Shown here in pieces: positions 1 to 10,600 of a stretch of DNA of 64,000 nucleotides (positions are counted from its first letter, which is position 1; each line of letters starts with the position of its first letter). The translations under genes and the position numbers were made by a program. The notes below the pieces were generated by a model that saw only the letters and a program-made list of their open reading frames with translations, was not told where the DNA came from and did not search any database. The stretch is from Blastocladiella emersonii ATCC 22665 (taxonomy: Eukaryota > Fungi > Blastocladiomycota), in assembly GCA_025594325.1 (NCBI GenBank), contig JANHCV010000001.1, positions 1,116,001 to 1,180,000 on the forward strand, in the 5' to 3' direction.

Positions 1-1353
1 AGGTCCGTACAATCCCGAGGTCAACGCCGGACGAATACGCTACGACCATGTGCGCGGCGCAATGCTCGCCGTACCACGCAATCTCGTTCGTGTGGTCGAC
101 GGCGCCGACAGAGATGGTCCACAGGCTATTGGCGAAGCCGTCGTAGTCTACATGAGCGCTCGTCAGCACCGACCAATAGCGCATGATGACGAGTCCAGAA
201 CGTACTGCAATCATCACCGTTCCATCCGCCGTTACCCGACGCAAACACGTAGACGCTGCCCTTGCCGCCGCGCCCGCGGGCCACGCCGTTCTGCATCGCC
301 GCGTTCGTGATGCTCGAGGGGGCCTCGACCGTGGCGCCGTCGTCGGTCGGTCCGAACGAGCACGAGTAGATGGCGTTGGTCTGGTACGCGTAGTTGAACG
401 CGGCCGCCTCGTCGGCCGTCGTCACGGGCCCGCCGAGGAGCCGCACGCCCGAGAGCTTGGCGTCGTACGCGATCCCGACGCCGCACGACGTGTTGTTCGC
501 CGAGGCCGTGATCTCGCCCGCGCACCGCGTCCCATGCGAGTCGGTGCCGCCGGGGAACGGGAGGGCCGTCTGGCTGTTGAAATCGTACGAGCCGGCGGCA
601 TACTACACGCGGTCATGGGTCAGCGCAACCTGACGGGATGCGTCGCAACGCGTGAGATCGTACGAAACTGGCCCTGAGGTCAGTGTGGTTATATTCGACG
701 CCGTCATCGACCACGGCCACCGTCACGTTCTTGCCGGTGACGCCCTGTGCCCACACCGAGAGCACCGAAATATCGTTCCCCGGCGTCGTCGTGTTGTTGA
801 GGTGCCACTGTGCCGTCCACAGCGGGTCCGTGTACGCGACGTAGCCGCGCGGCTTGAACGGCATCCGCCGCTCGAGCGGCCGCCAGTCGGACGCCCTGCT
901 GAAGTCGATGGCGGCATCGCGCTTGCTCCGCTCGGTGGCCCCCGACTGCCCGCGGCGCGCGAGCCGCGCGAGGTCGGGCGCGTCGAGGTGGGCGGGCACA
1001 GCGAGCAGGTACACGTTGTCGAGCTCGCCGACGTGGCCGAGCACCGTCGAGCCAGGGATGCGCGCGGCGAGCGCGCGCACGTCGTCGCCGCTGTCCAGAG
1101 TCACGGTCACGTAGTGCAGACCGGGCGTCGCCGCGCTTTTCTTGGCTGACGCAGCAGCGACCTGCGCGCCGCCGTGGTAGTCGAGCGGGGGCAGGGCGTT
1201 GCGGCGGAACGATTGTGATAGAGCGGTGGGTTCCATCAATGCGGGAGTGATGGCCATGGGATCACCGTGAACTGGTCCCGCCGTCAGCAGAGCTGCGAGG
1301 GTGGCGATGACGGCCGTGGCCGCCATGCGGCTTAGATGCGAGTGTGGTGACAT
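1..1353 (-). CDS. KEX2: Kexin/furin-like proprotein convertase (S8B subtilase), 3' end runs off the window
   Basis: Signal peptide, prodomain, VAVVDDG (catalytic Asp), HGTRCAGEI (catalytic His), FASGNGG (oxyanion Asn), CNYDGFANS. Introns 663-603 and 205-148 (GTACG..TAG) restore the frame. Confidence 0.92.
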
Positions 1354-1488
1354 TCTATGATAGTTCTATGAGTGCATTGATCCGTTGATTCATGCAGCAT
1401 GAAGAGACGCAACAGACCAGCGGCTGCAAGCACGGCAAAGAAACGCGTCCACGAACGCGCCCCCAAGATCCGCGTGACCCGCACGTGA

Positions 1489-1517
1489 TGTCTCACGTCA
1501 CGCGTCGGTGCGAGACA
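1489..1517. promoter_or_regulatory. Palindromic element TGTCTCAC-N13-GCGAGACA in the divergent kexin/CDA1 promoter
   Basis: Inverted arms seen directly; the same motif recurs at other intergenic sites (3928, 10678/10735, 26557, 41978, 45919). Function is inferred. Confidence 0.4.
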
Positions 1518-1768
1518 TTCGTGGTTCGTCGTCTCGCGAATCCACCAAAATTAAATCACGCAACACGCGTGCTTGGTCGAGACCAGCGAATCCAGTGGGC
1601 ATAATTATCCACCAGTCTCCCACGATGGCGCCCGCTGCCAGTCGGTGAGGGGCTCGCACACATATCGACCTTTCCGTCGGGTCTCCGGCGGCTTGCACTC
1701 GATAATGAATTCAGGAGACTGAAGCGCAGTAGCTCTCGCTCTCCCTGGACTTAACACATACCCTTGCA

Positions 1769-3790
1769 ATGAAAGCAACCGCTTCGAACCCGAATATCGG
1801 GCCCGCCCCGGCCCAGCGCCCGCGAGCTGGCAGCTCCGTGGGCATTAACATCGGCGTCCCGGCGGCCGCCGCCGCCAAGTACCGCGCGGTCGACGAGGGC
1901 GTCAAGGGCCATCGTCGCTCGCCGCGGACCACGCGCCGTGAGGTCTTCCGCGTCACGGCCGGCGGCGCCGCGCGAGTGTCCGTCATCGTGGCCCTCGCTC
2001 TCGTGACGGTGCTCCTCGTCGCACACCTCCACGGTGCTGGCCGCGTCGGCACGACGCCCGACGCGTCGCTCCGCCACCGCCGCGGCGTCCCGGAGAAGCC
2101 GCTCAGCTACTACCAGACGCCCGAGGAGCAGGCCCAGCACGAAAACCTGCTCAAGGTCATGGGCGCGCACATGGAGGCTGATGCGACGGGCGCCAACCAT
2201 CAACACCAACACCATCATCATCCGCCGGCTGCGCCCGTCGAGCGGCGCGACGTAACCGACTCGTACGACAGCTTCTACAGCACCTCGACCATCGCGCCGT
2301 GGTACGCGTGCGACCCGAAGGTCTGCAAGCTGCCGGCGTGCCAGTGCGCGACCACCGCGCCGCCCGCGGGGCTCTCGCCGTCGCAGGTGCCGCAGTTCGT
2401 GACTTTCACGCTCGACGATGCCGTCAATTCGGCCGTCTACGACCAGCCGATCAACGCAATGAAGGGTATCCGTGGCGCCGACGGGTGCGACATGAAGGGC
2501 ATCTACTTTCTGTCGGCAACCTGGACCAACTACCACGCGGTGCAGACGCTGTACGCGTCGGGCCACGAGATCGCGTGCCACACCTTCACGCATTCCTTCC
2601 CGACGATTCAGGAGGTGGTGGCGATGCGCAACGCGACCGAGATGTTTGCCGACGTACCGCAGTCCAAGATCCGCGGCTTCCGCGCGCCCTACCTCTTCTA
2701 CTCGCTCGAGTCGCTCACCAACATCCGCGCGCTCGGGTTCGAGTACGACAGCACCATGACCATCGACAATGCTGGGGCCAAGACCGTGTGGCCCTTCACC
2801 TTCGACTACGGAATGCCCATCTCGTGCGCTACGGGTAACTGCACGGGCGCCAAGCCGACGCCCGACAACCCGGCCGGGTGGCGCGCGCCGGGTCTGTGGG
2901 AGATCCCCATGTACAACCTCATGACCACGGACGGCGGCGCGTGGTCCATGGACCCCGGTGTCGACGGCGTCGAGTTTGCCGCGATGCTCCGCAAGTCGTT
3001 CAACGACCACTACAAGGGAAACCGCGCGCCGTTTGGCATCTACCTTCACTCGGCGTACCTCATGGCCGACCCGACGCGCACGACCATCCTGCACGACTTT
3101 TTCGCTGAAATCGCACCGCTCACCGACGTGCGGTTCGTCACAAATGACCAGCTCCTCACGTGGCTCCGGAACCCGGTCCCGCTCGCCAACATGACCGCAA
3201 AGTGCAAGCCCCCGGCTCCGGCCTCGCCCACCGCGACCGAGGTGTGCGACGGGCTCGACAACAACGGGAACGGCGTCGTCGACGAGGGCGTGACCAAGAC
3301 GTGCCAGTTTGGTACCTCGAACTTTGCGACGTGCAAGATCTGCCCGATCCGCGTCCCGTCGCTCGACGAGTCCGTCCCGCCGCTCGCCATCAACGGCAAG
3401 CTCCCCGGATGCCAGCTGCCGTCCGGCGGGTGCGGGTACGGCGCCTTCAACGCGGCGACGTGCATGTGCGACTGCAAGGGCAGCAGCGACGACCCGAACG
3501 GCTCGGGCGCGTGCCGCAACGCCCTCGGCGTGTGCGCGACGATGCGTCTCCCCGACCCGGCGCGCCAGGGCTTCTACCTCACGTGTGCCCAGTCGGCCAA
3601 CAAGACGAGCTCGACCACGGGTACCACGTCGACCACCAACTCGTCGTCGTCGGGTTCCTTCAACAGCTCCAAGTTCAGCAACAACACGTTCGATCCCGTC
3701 TCGGCGGCAGTGCCGGGTGTCGGCGGCCCGAGCATGCTTCTCACCGTCGCGCTCCTGCTTGTCGTCGCCGTTGCGACCGGCATGCTGTAA
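1769..3790 (+). CDS. Polysaccharide/chitin deacetylase-like protein (CE4/NodB), copy 1
   Basis: PQFVTFTLDD, GHEIACHTFTH, GFRAPY, GLWEIPM, NRAPFGIYLH motifs. N-terminal TM, Cys-rich C-terminal region, S/T linker and hydrophobic C-terminus. No intron needed. Confidence 0.88.
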   Translation: MKATASNPNIGPAPAQRPRAGSSVGINIGVPAAAAAKYRAVDEGVKGHRRSPRTTRREVFRVTAGGAARVSVIVALALVTVLLVAHLHGAGRVGTTPDASLRHRRGVPEKPLSYYQTPEEQAQHENLLKVMGAHMEADATGANHQHQHHHHPPAAPVERRDVTDSYDSFYSTSTIAPWYACDPKVCKLPACQCATTAPPAGLSPSQVPQFVTFTLDDAVNSAVYDQPINAMKGIRGADGCDMKGIYFLSATWTNYHAVQTLYASGHEIACHTFTHSFPTIQEVVAMRNATEMFADVPQSKIRGFRAPYLFYSLESLTNIRALGFEYDSTMTIDNAGAKTVWPFTFDYGMPISCATGNCTGAKPTPDNPAGWRAPGLWEIPMYNLMTTDGGAWSMDPGVDGVEFAAMLRKSFNDHYKGNRAPFGIYLHSAYLMADPTRTTILHDFFAEIAPLTDVRFVTNDQLLTWLRNPVPLANMTAKCKPPAPASPTATEVCDGLDNNGNGVVDEGVTKTCQFGTSNFATCKICPIRVPSLDESVPPLAINGKLPGCQLPSGGCGYGAFNAATCMCDCKGSSDDPNGSGACRNALGVCATMRLPDPARQGFYLTCAQSANKTSSTTGTTSTTNSSSSGSFNSSKFSNNTFDPVSAAVPGVGGPSMLLTVALLLVVAVATGML

Positions 3791-3927
3791 GCGCGTGTCC
3801 GATTATTTATACCACTCCATAGTTTCCTTATGAACCCATATATGTTTCATTGCAGCAAGTTCACCGAGAACGAGGAACGAAAACCTCACAAAACGCGTCG
3901 GTCAGCCGCACGTGATCCGAAACGTGA

Positions 3928-3961
3928 TGTCTCGCACCGACGCGTGCACGCGTGCGAGACA
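3928..3961. promoter_or_regulatory. Palindromic element TGTCTCGCA-N16-TGCGAGACA upstream of CDA2
   Basis: Perfect 9-bp inverted arms; the first 19 nt are the exact reverse complement of 1499-1517. Confidence 0.45.
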
Positions 3962-4195
3962 GCCGCGTCCTCGATCTCGGCCGTGGGAAAGGGGAGCTCC
4001 CGCCCTGCCTGTCAGTTTGCCCCCGTCCGCGACGGCCAGTCAGTTGGAGGACCGCCAGTGCACACGAGGGTCGGCGCGAGGACGCGCTCTCCTTGTTCGG
4101 CCGCACGGAGCGACCACGCACTCCAGGATCGGGGCCATAAATCCCTCTCAGGTCCCGCCTTCCCTAATCTCGATACACTATACTACGCTATCACC

Positions 4196-6277
4196 ATGGG
4201 CAAAGCAAAGACTCCGACATCGCCAACCAAGGCTGGCGCGTCCTCGGCCGCCGCCTCGCGCCCGCGGGCTACCGCTGGCTCGGCGAGCAGCAGCAACAAC
4301 AACAAGGCCTCCGCCGCCGCCGCCGCCGCCGCTGCCGCCTCGACCGACAACGCCGACGAGGGCGACAAGGGCCACCCGCGCGCGCCGCGGCTCCCGCGGC
4401 GCAAGGGCTTCCGCGTCACGGCCGAAGGCGTCGCGCGCTTCTCGGTCATTTCGCTCCTCATCATCGCGACGCTGCAGGCCGTCAACTACCTCGACGCCGA
4501 CTCGCAGGTCGCGAAGCGCACGGGCCTTCACCCGCGCGCCGTCGTGACAACCGAGAAGCCGCGCACCTACTACCAGACGCCCGACGAGCAGGCCCAGTAC
4601 GAGAACCTCGTCAAGATCATGACCGAGCACATGCACGCGGACGCGTCGGGCGCCAACCAGCAGCACCAGTCGGCGGGTGCGGGCGCGAGCGGCGGCGCGC
4701 CCATCGAGCGCCGCGCGGCCGGCGACCCGTACGACAGCTACTACTCAACGTCCAAGATCGCGCCGTGGTACGCGTGCGACCCGGCCGTGTGCAAGCTGCC
4801 GAGCTGCCAGTGCGCGTCGACGTCGCCGCCCGGCGGGCTCGCGCCGGCCCAGATCCCGCAGTTTGTCACGTTCACGCTCGACGACGCGGTCAACGCGGTC
4901 GTGTACGACCTGCCGCACCAGGCGATGCGCGGGATCCGGAGCGCCGACGGGTGCGCCATGAAGGCGACGTATTTCGTCTCGGCGCAGTGGACCGACTTCC
5001 ACTCGCTGCAGACGCTGGCGGGGTCGGGCCACGAGATTGCCGGGCACACGTTCACGCACAATTTCCCGACGGTGAAGGAGATCTCGGCGATGCGCGAGGC
5101 GACCGAGGCGTTTGGCGGGATCCCGCAGTCGTCGATCCGCGGGTTCCGCGCGCCGTACCTCAACTACACGCTCGAGTCGCTGACCAACCTCAAGGCGCTC
5201 AACTTCGAGTACGACAGCACCATGACGCTCGACAACGCGGGCGCCAGCACCATCTGGCCGTTCACGTTCGACTACGGCGTGCCCGTGTCGTGCGCGACGG
5301 GCGACTGCACGGCGGCCAAGCCGACGGCGGCGGTCCCGAAGCCGACGTGGCGCGCGCCGGGGCTGTGGGAGCTGCCCATGTACAACCTCATGACCACGGA
5401 CGGCGGCGTGTGGTCCATGGACCCCGCCGTCAACACGACCGAGTTTGCAGCGATGCTGCGCAAGTCGTTCAACGACCACTACACGGGCAACAAGGCGCCG
5501 TTCGGCGTGTTCCTGCACCCGGCGTACCTGCTCGCGGACCCGGCACGCGTCACGGTGCTCAACGACTTCTTCGCCGAGTTCATGGCGCGCCCCGACGTCC
5601 GGTTCGTCACCAACCAGCAGCTTCTCGCGTGGCTGCGCAACCCGGTCCCGCTGTCGAGCATGGCACCGCTGTGCACGGCGGCGCCCGCGGCGTCGGCGAC
5701 CGCGCCCGAGGTGTGCGACGGCATCGACAACAACGCGAACGGCGTCGCGGACGAGGGCGTGGCCAAGTCGTGCCAGTTTGGAACTTCCAACTTTGCGACG
5801 TGCAAGACGTGCCCCGTGCGCGCGCCCACGGCCGACGAGCCGGTCCCGCCGCTCATCGCGTCGGCGGGCGCGGCCGCGTCGACGTGCCAGCCGCCGCTCG
5901 GCGGCTGCGTGTACGGCAGCTTCAACGCGGCGACGTGCATGTGCGACTGCACGGGCAGCGACGACCCGAACGGCTCGGGCGCGTGTCGCAACACGCTCGG
6001 CGCGTGCACCACGCTCCGCATGCCCGACGCCGACCGCCCCGGCTTCTTCCTCTCGTGCGCGCAGTCGGCCGAGATCCAGGCCAAGAAGGCGTCGACCACG
6101 ACGACGTCGACTAAGGCGGCCACGGCGACCGGCTCGTCGACGTCCCAGTCGACTGACAGCCCCAAGTCGACGGCGGCGGCCATCAAGTCCACGTCGGCCG
6201 CGGCGGGCGGCGCGGGCCCAAGCGTGCTCGCCGTGGCACTCGCCCTCGTCGTCGCGCTGGCGGCTGGCCTGTTCTAG
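4196..6277 (+). CDS. Polysaccharide/chitin deacetylase-like protein (CE4/NodB), copy 2 (tandem paralog)
   Basis: Same motifs (TLDD, GHTFTH, RAPY, GVFLH) and long near-identical blocks shared with copy 1. Likely ATG 4196 (ACCATGG) within ORF 3830-6277. Confidence 0.88.
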   Translation: MGKAKTPTSPTKAGASSAAASRPRATAGSASSSNNNKASAAAAAAAAASTDNADEGDKGHPRAPRLPRRKGFRVTAEGVARFSVISLLIIATLQAVNYLDADSQVAKRTGLHPRAVVTTEKPRTYYQTPDEQAQYENLVKIMTEHMHADASGANQQHQSAGAGASGGAPIERRAAGDPYDSYYSTSKIAPWYACDPAVCKLPSCQCASTSPPGGLAPAQIPQFVTFTLDDAVNAVVYDLPHQAMRGIRSADGCAMKATYFVSAQWTDFHSLQTLAGSGHEIAGHTFTHNFPTVKEISAMREATEAFGGIPQSSIRGFRAPYLNYTLESLTNLKALNFEYDSTMTLDNAGASTIWPFTFDYGVPVSCATGDCTAAKPTAAVPKPTWRAPGLWELPMYNLMTTDGGVWSMDPAVNTTEFAAMLRKSFNDHYTGNKAPFGVFLHPAYLLADPARVTVLNDFFAEFMARPDVRFVTNQQLLAWLRNPVPLSSMAPLCTAAPAASATAPEVCDGIDNNANGVADEGVAKSCQFGTSNFATCKTCPVRAPTADEPVPPLIASAGAAASTCQPPLGGCVYGSFNAATCMCDCTGSDDPNGSGACRNTLGACTTLRMPDADRPGFFLSCAQSAEIQAKKASTTTTSTKAATATGSSTSQSTDSPKSTAAAIKSTSAAAGGAGPSVLAVALALVVALAAGLF

Positions 6278-6477
6278 GCTTGCTGTCACGGATACCCTGA
6301 AACCCAACTGGTGAGAAGGAAATAGAAAATTCATTCGTTGCATGATTGTGCGAGCGTGAGGGAGCGAGAACGAGATCATCGTCGCGACCGACCCAAACTC
6401 CCCGCCCTCCCGCCATAACCACCGCGCCTCGATCGCCCACCGCACCACGACGGCATCGCGGCTGCGCCTCGCACTAC

Positions 6478-9400
6478 ATGCAACAGACGCCCTCGGACTC
6501 GGCGACGCCGTCCGCCGCGGCGCCAGCAGCCGACACCACGGCGGCCGCATCGGGACCGGCGCCGTTGACCCCAACGACGGATGCCGCCGACGAGCCCTCC
6601 TCCAACGTATCGCTCGCCTTCCGGCTGCGCCAGTTTGCCCGCGAGCAGCAGCTGCGCGACGCACAGCACAAGAAGGCCAAGGAGAACGCCCCGCTCCCCG
6701 CCGACGACGACGACGACGAGCTCCACCCTCCGCTCGCTGACGAGGTGGTGCCCGTGTCGCCGCCCTCCGCCGCCGTAAGTCCTGTCGTCGCCCCCGCTAG
6801 CAAGACGGCGCCTGCTTCAGATCCCGCACCTGCCCCTGCTCCGGCACCTGTGCCCGCACCTGCGAAACCGTCGACGGCCATGGCCCCGCCCGCTCGCGAC
6901 ATGTCCTCGTCGCCCTCTCCGAGCAGCATCTCGGTAATGGGATCGCGCGCCTCGTCGTCGGGCCGCGTCGCCACCCAGGTCATCGTCGTGTCCGAGTCCG
7001 ATGATGACGACGAGGACACTGCGCCTGCGCCGAAGCCCGCACCGAAACCTGCGCCGGTGCCGAAGCCTGAGCCTCCGCGACGGGCCGCGTCCACCGTGGC
7101 CATGGGCTTCAGCGGTACCGGTCCTGCCCTGATCCCTCGGCGAGCCAGCCCCGAGCCCGTCGTGCACGCGCCCAACCGCCGGATGCAGTTCATCCCGACG
7201 CGCGGTACGCTGCATGCTCGGTATCGAAGCGTGCGATCGGACTGACTCTGGATCATCTCGCTCGCCCGACCAGATAAACCCGCTACTCGCAAGGCCATCG
7301 AGGACCACTTCAACGGCGAGCTGCACCAGGCCTTATCGTTCCTGTCCAACTGGAAGCTCCCGATCACCACCAAGGACGAGTTCCGCGCATACCCGCGCGA
7401 GCTGCTCGCGCCCATGGCCGTCAGCATCGCGCGCCGCCGCGTCGAGCGCGTCGGGTCCGGGTACCGCGTCTTTGTCGCCTCGCAGGACCTCCTCGAGGTC
7501 GCCGGCGACGGTGACTCGGAGGAGGAGGCCGAGACCGTCGCGCTCGAGCACCTGTGCCTCGCCGCGCTCGCCGGCCTCGTCAAGTACTCGCGCGAGCCCA
7601 CCAACGCCAAACTCGAGGTCGCCGCGGGCGTCACCCTGCGCTCGCCCCGCTTCGATCCCTCCAAGAAACGCGCGCCGTCGCCCGCCCGCCCGCGCGCCGC
7701 CGCCGACCCGCGCATGCCGCCGCCCACCCAGCGGTCCGCGTCCGCGTCCGTCCCTGCCCCTCTCTCGCCCCGCCGCGACACGGAACCGCCCGTGCCGCGC
7801 GACCCACGACTCGCTTCCCGCCAGCTCCGCTCCCCGCCGCTCGCCGCGGGCGCGAGCCCGCGCCCGCCCTCGCGCCAGCCGTCCCCTGCGCCGTCGACGA
7901 CCTCGCTGCGGTCCGCTGGGCCCGCCGATCCCCGCCGCAAGAGCCGCAGCCGCAGTCGCAGCTCCAGCGTCTCGTCGCGCGTCACCGACCGCGACCGGGA
8001 TCGCGACCGGGATCGCGACCGTGACCGTGACCGCGACCGCGACCGCGGCACCAACGGCCGACGCCGCACACCCTCGCCGCCGCCACGGAGAGGACTATCT
8101 CCAAGGCGCCGCAGCCGGAGCCGCAGCCGTAGCCCGCGCGGTGATCGGCAACGGTCGCGCTCGCGGTCCCCCTCGCCCAAGCGCCGCCGCCGGTCGCGGT
8201 CACGCTCGCCGCCGCACCGCTCCGATTCGCGCACGCAGCTCGACACCACGAGGTCCACGCCGACCCCGGGCGGCGGCGGCGGTGGGCTAGTGAAGGGCGG
8301 CTCGGTGTCGGACCTCGCACGCAGGCTCGCCCGGCCCTCAAACGACTCGCTGCCCGGCCTCGCCGCGCCTGCTGCCGGTGGGTTCGGGGCTCCCGCTGCC
8401 GGCGGGTTCGGGGCTCCTGCACCTGCTGTTGGTGGGTTCGGGGCACCCGCTGCTGCCGGTGGGTTTGGAGCACCTGCCGCTGCTGGCGGGTTCGGCGCAC
8501 CGCCTGCCGGTGGGTTCGGATCTGCTCCTGCTCCAGCTCCTTCGGCTGGCGGGTTCGGATCCGCGCCTACGCCTGCTGCCGGCGGGTTCGGATCCGCGCC
8601 TACGCCTGCTGCCGGCGGGTTCGGATCCGCGCCCATCCCCGCTGCAGGCGGGTTCGGAGCGCCTTCTGCTCCTACGCGTCCAGCCCCTGCTGCCGGCGGA
8701 TTCGGAGCACCAGCTGCTGTCGCAGCTCCTTCTCCTTCGTCTGCTGCCGGTGGATTCGGGGCGCCTGCTGCTCCAGCCGGCGGGTTCGGATCCGCTCCTG
8801 CTGTCGCCGCGAGTCCCGCTCTTTCGGCTGGCGGATTCGGAGCGCCCGCTGCTCCTGCGCGCCCAACACCTGCCGCTGGCGGGTTCGGGGCACCTGCCCC
8901 TGCCGCGAGTCCAGTCCCTGCTGCCGGTGGATTCGGGGCGCCTGCTGCTCCAGCCGGCGGGTTCGGATCCGCTCCTGCTGTCGCCGCGAGTCCCGCTCTT
9001 TCGGCTGGCGGATTCGGAGCGCCCGCTGCTCCTGCGCGCCCAACACCTGCCGCCGGTGGATCCGGAGCACCTCCCGCTGCTGCTGCTGCTGTCGCTGCGA
9101 GTCCAGCTCTTTCGGCTGGCGGATTCGGAGCACCTGCTGCTCCGAGTCCAGCTCCTGCTGCTGGCGGATTCGGAGCGCCCGCTGCTCCTGCTGGTGGATT
9201 CAGTGCGCCTGCTGCCGGCGGGTTCGGTGCGCCCGCTGCTGCTGCGGGTGGATTCGGGGCACCTGCTGCTGCTGCCGCGGGCGGATTCGGGGCGGCTGCT
9301 TCACCTGCTCAAGTACGCGCGCCCACGCCCGCCGCCCCCGCTGCGCGCGTCGCGGCATCGAGTCCAGCTCCCGCGCCCGCTCCAGCACCCGCGCCCGCCT

Positions 9401-9789
9401 CCGCCAACGGCGTGGTCCCCGTCACCGCGGGCCCGATCCCGGCAGCGCTCGAGTCGCGGTGGCCGCTCCGCCAGACGCTCGACGCGGACACGCTCTTCGA
9501 CGAGCACTTTGACACGATCCTTGAGCACCCGCTCAACGACATGTGGGGATGGCACCCGCTGTGCGCGGCGGCGGCGCTCGCCGGGATGCTCGGCCGGCCC
9601 GCGTTCGGCCGCAACGACGTGGCCGTGTACCAGGTGCCCGGCGGGCGGTACCGCGCGTTCGTCGGGCTGCCGGCGAGCGACGCGGGACCCGCGGTCGCGC
9701 CGGTTCCGGGCGACGGGGACTCGGTCGACGACGCGGTCAAGGCGGCGGTCCTGCACCTCCTCGTCACGGCGCCGACGAATCGGGCGTGA
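6478..9789 (+). CDS. Uncharacterised protein: Pro/Ala/acidic IDR, dsRBD-like module, RS/RD tract, about 23 GGFG repeats, second dsRBD-like module
   Basis: Intron 7205-7273 (GTACGC..CAG) joins ORFs 6346-7245 and 7414-9789 in frame (..PTR-DKPATRK..). The domain calls are by eye. Confidence 0.7.
8365..9300 (+). repeat. Coding GGFG(A/S)P repeat array including a 177-bp tandem duplication
   Basis: Recurrent GG(C/T)GG(G/A)TTCGG; the block at about 8741 recurs 177 nt later (8761 vs 8938), equal to 59 aa. Confidence 0.9.
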
Positions 9790-9885
9790 TGCGACTCGGG
9801 TGGTGATCTTCGTGCATGGCTCAATACGAATACATTGCCGTGTACCGAAAGCTAGCGGGGGTTATATTGAGGGTGAACGAGCGAG

Positions 9886-10600
9886 TTACTTGAACGACAC
9901 GGTCTTCTTGACTTTCTTCGCGCTTCCTGCTGCTGGCGCCGCGGCTGCGCCCTTCTTCCCAGCAGCACCCGCACCGCCACCGCCGCCGTTCTTGCGCTTG
10001 GCCTTCTCCTTGAGCGAGGCCTTGACCTGGGCGATCTTGGCCTCCTTGGCCTTGCGCTTCTCGCCGCGCTTCTCCTCGCGCTCCTCAATGGCGGCCACGC
10101 GCTCCTCGGCGCGCTCCAGCTTGGCGATCCCCGCCTCGTCCTCCTTCTCCATGATCGAGTTGATCAGCGCGTGCATCGTGTCCTAAACGCGGGATCCGGA
10201 CGGGTCAGCGCGCCGTGGTGCGAGCGAGGGAGGGCTTAGATGGATGGCGTACTGCGCTCGCAAACGTCCCGCCGCCCTTCTTGTGCGACGCGGTGCGCAC
10301 CTTGCGCGGCTGGAGGTGCGCGGGGACCGGGGCCGCAGCGGCAGCCGGCTCGCCGCTCGTCGTCTCCTCATCGTCGCCGTCCTTGGCCTCGGCGGCCACG
10401 GGCGCCGATGATGGTGGCGCAGTCCGCTGCGGTTGGTGCTTCTTCGCGCCCGCGGCAGCCTGGGGCTTCTTGCCGCCGGGCTGGGCCTTCTGGACACGCC
10501 CGCCGCGCGGTCCTCCTGGCGCGGGCTTGCCGCCCTTGCGCGCGCCGCCGGCGCCGCCGCCGGGCGCGGCAGTTGACTTGGATGCATGAGCTCTTGCCAT
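9886..10600 (-). CDS. Basic nucleolar protein, LOC1-like (60S assembly/export)
   Basis: Intron 10252-10183 gives KKGGGTFASA-DTMHALINSIMEKEDEAGIAKLERAEER..; this resembles the fungal Loc1 core, followed by a Lys-rich tail. Confidence 0.55.

Noticed and set aside
540-600. Apparent frameshift in kexin between YDFN and HGTRC
   Set aside because: Careful reading gives a continuous frame (PFPGGTDSHGTRC) once intron 663-603 is removed.
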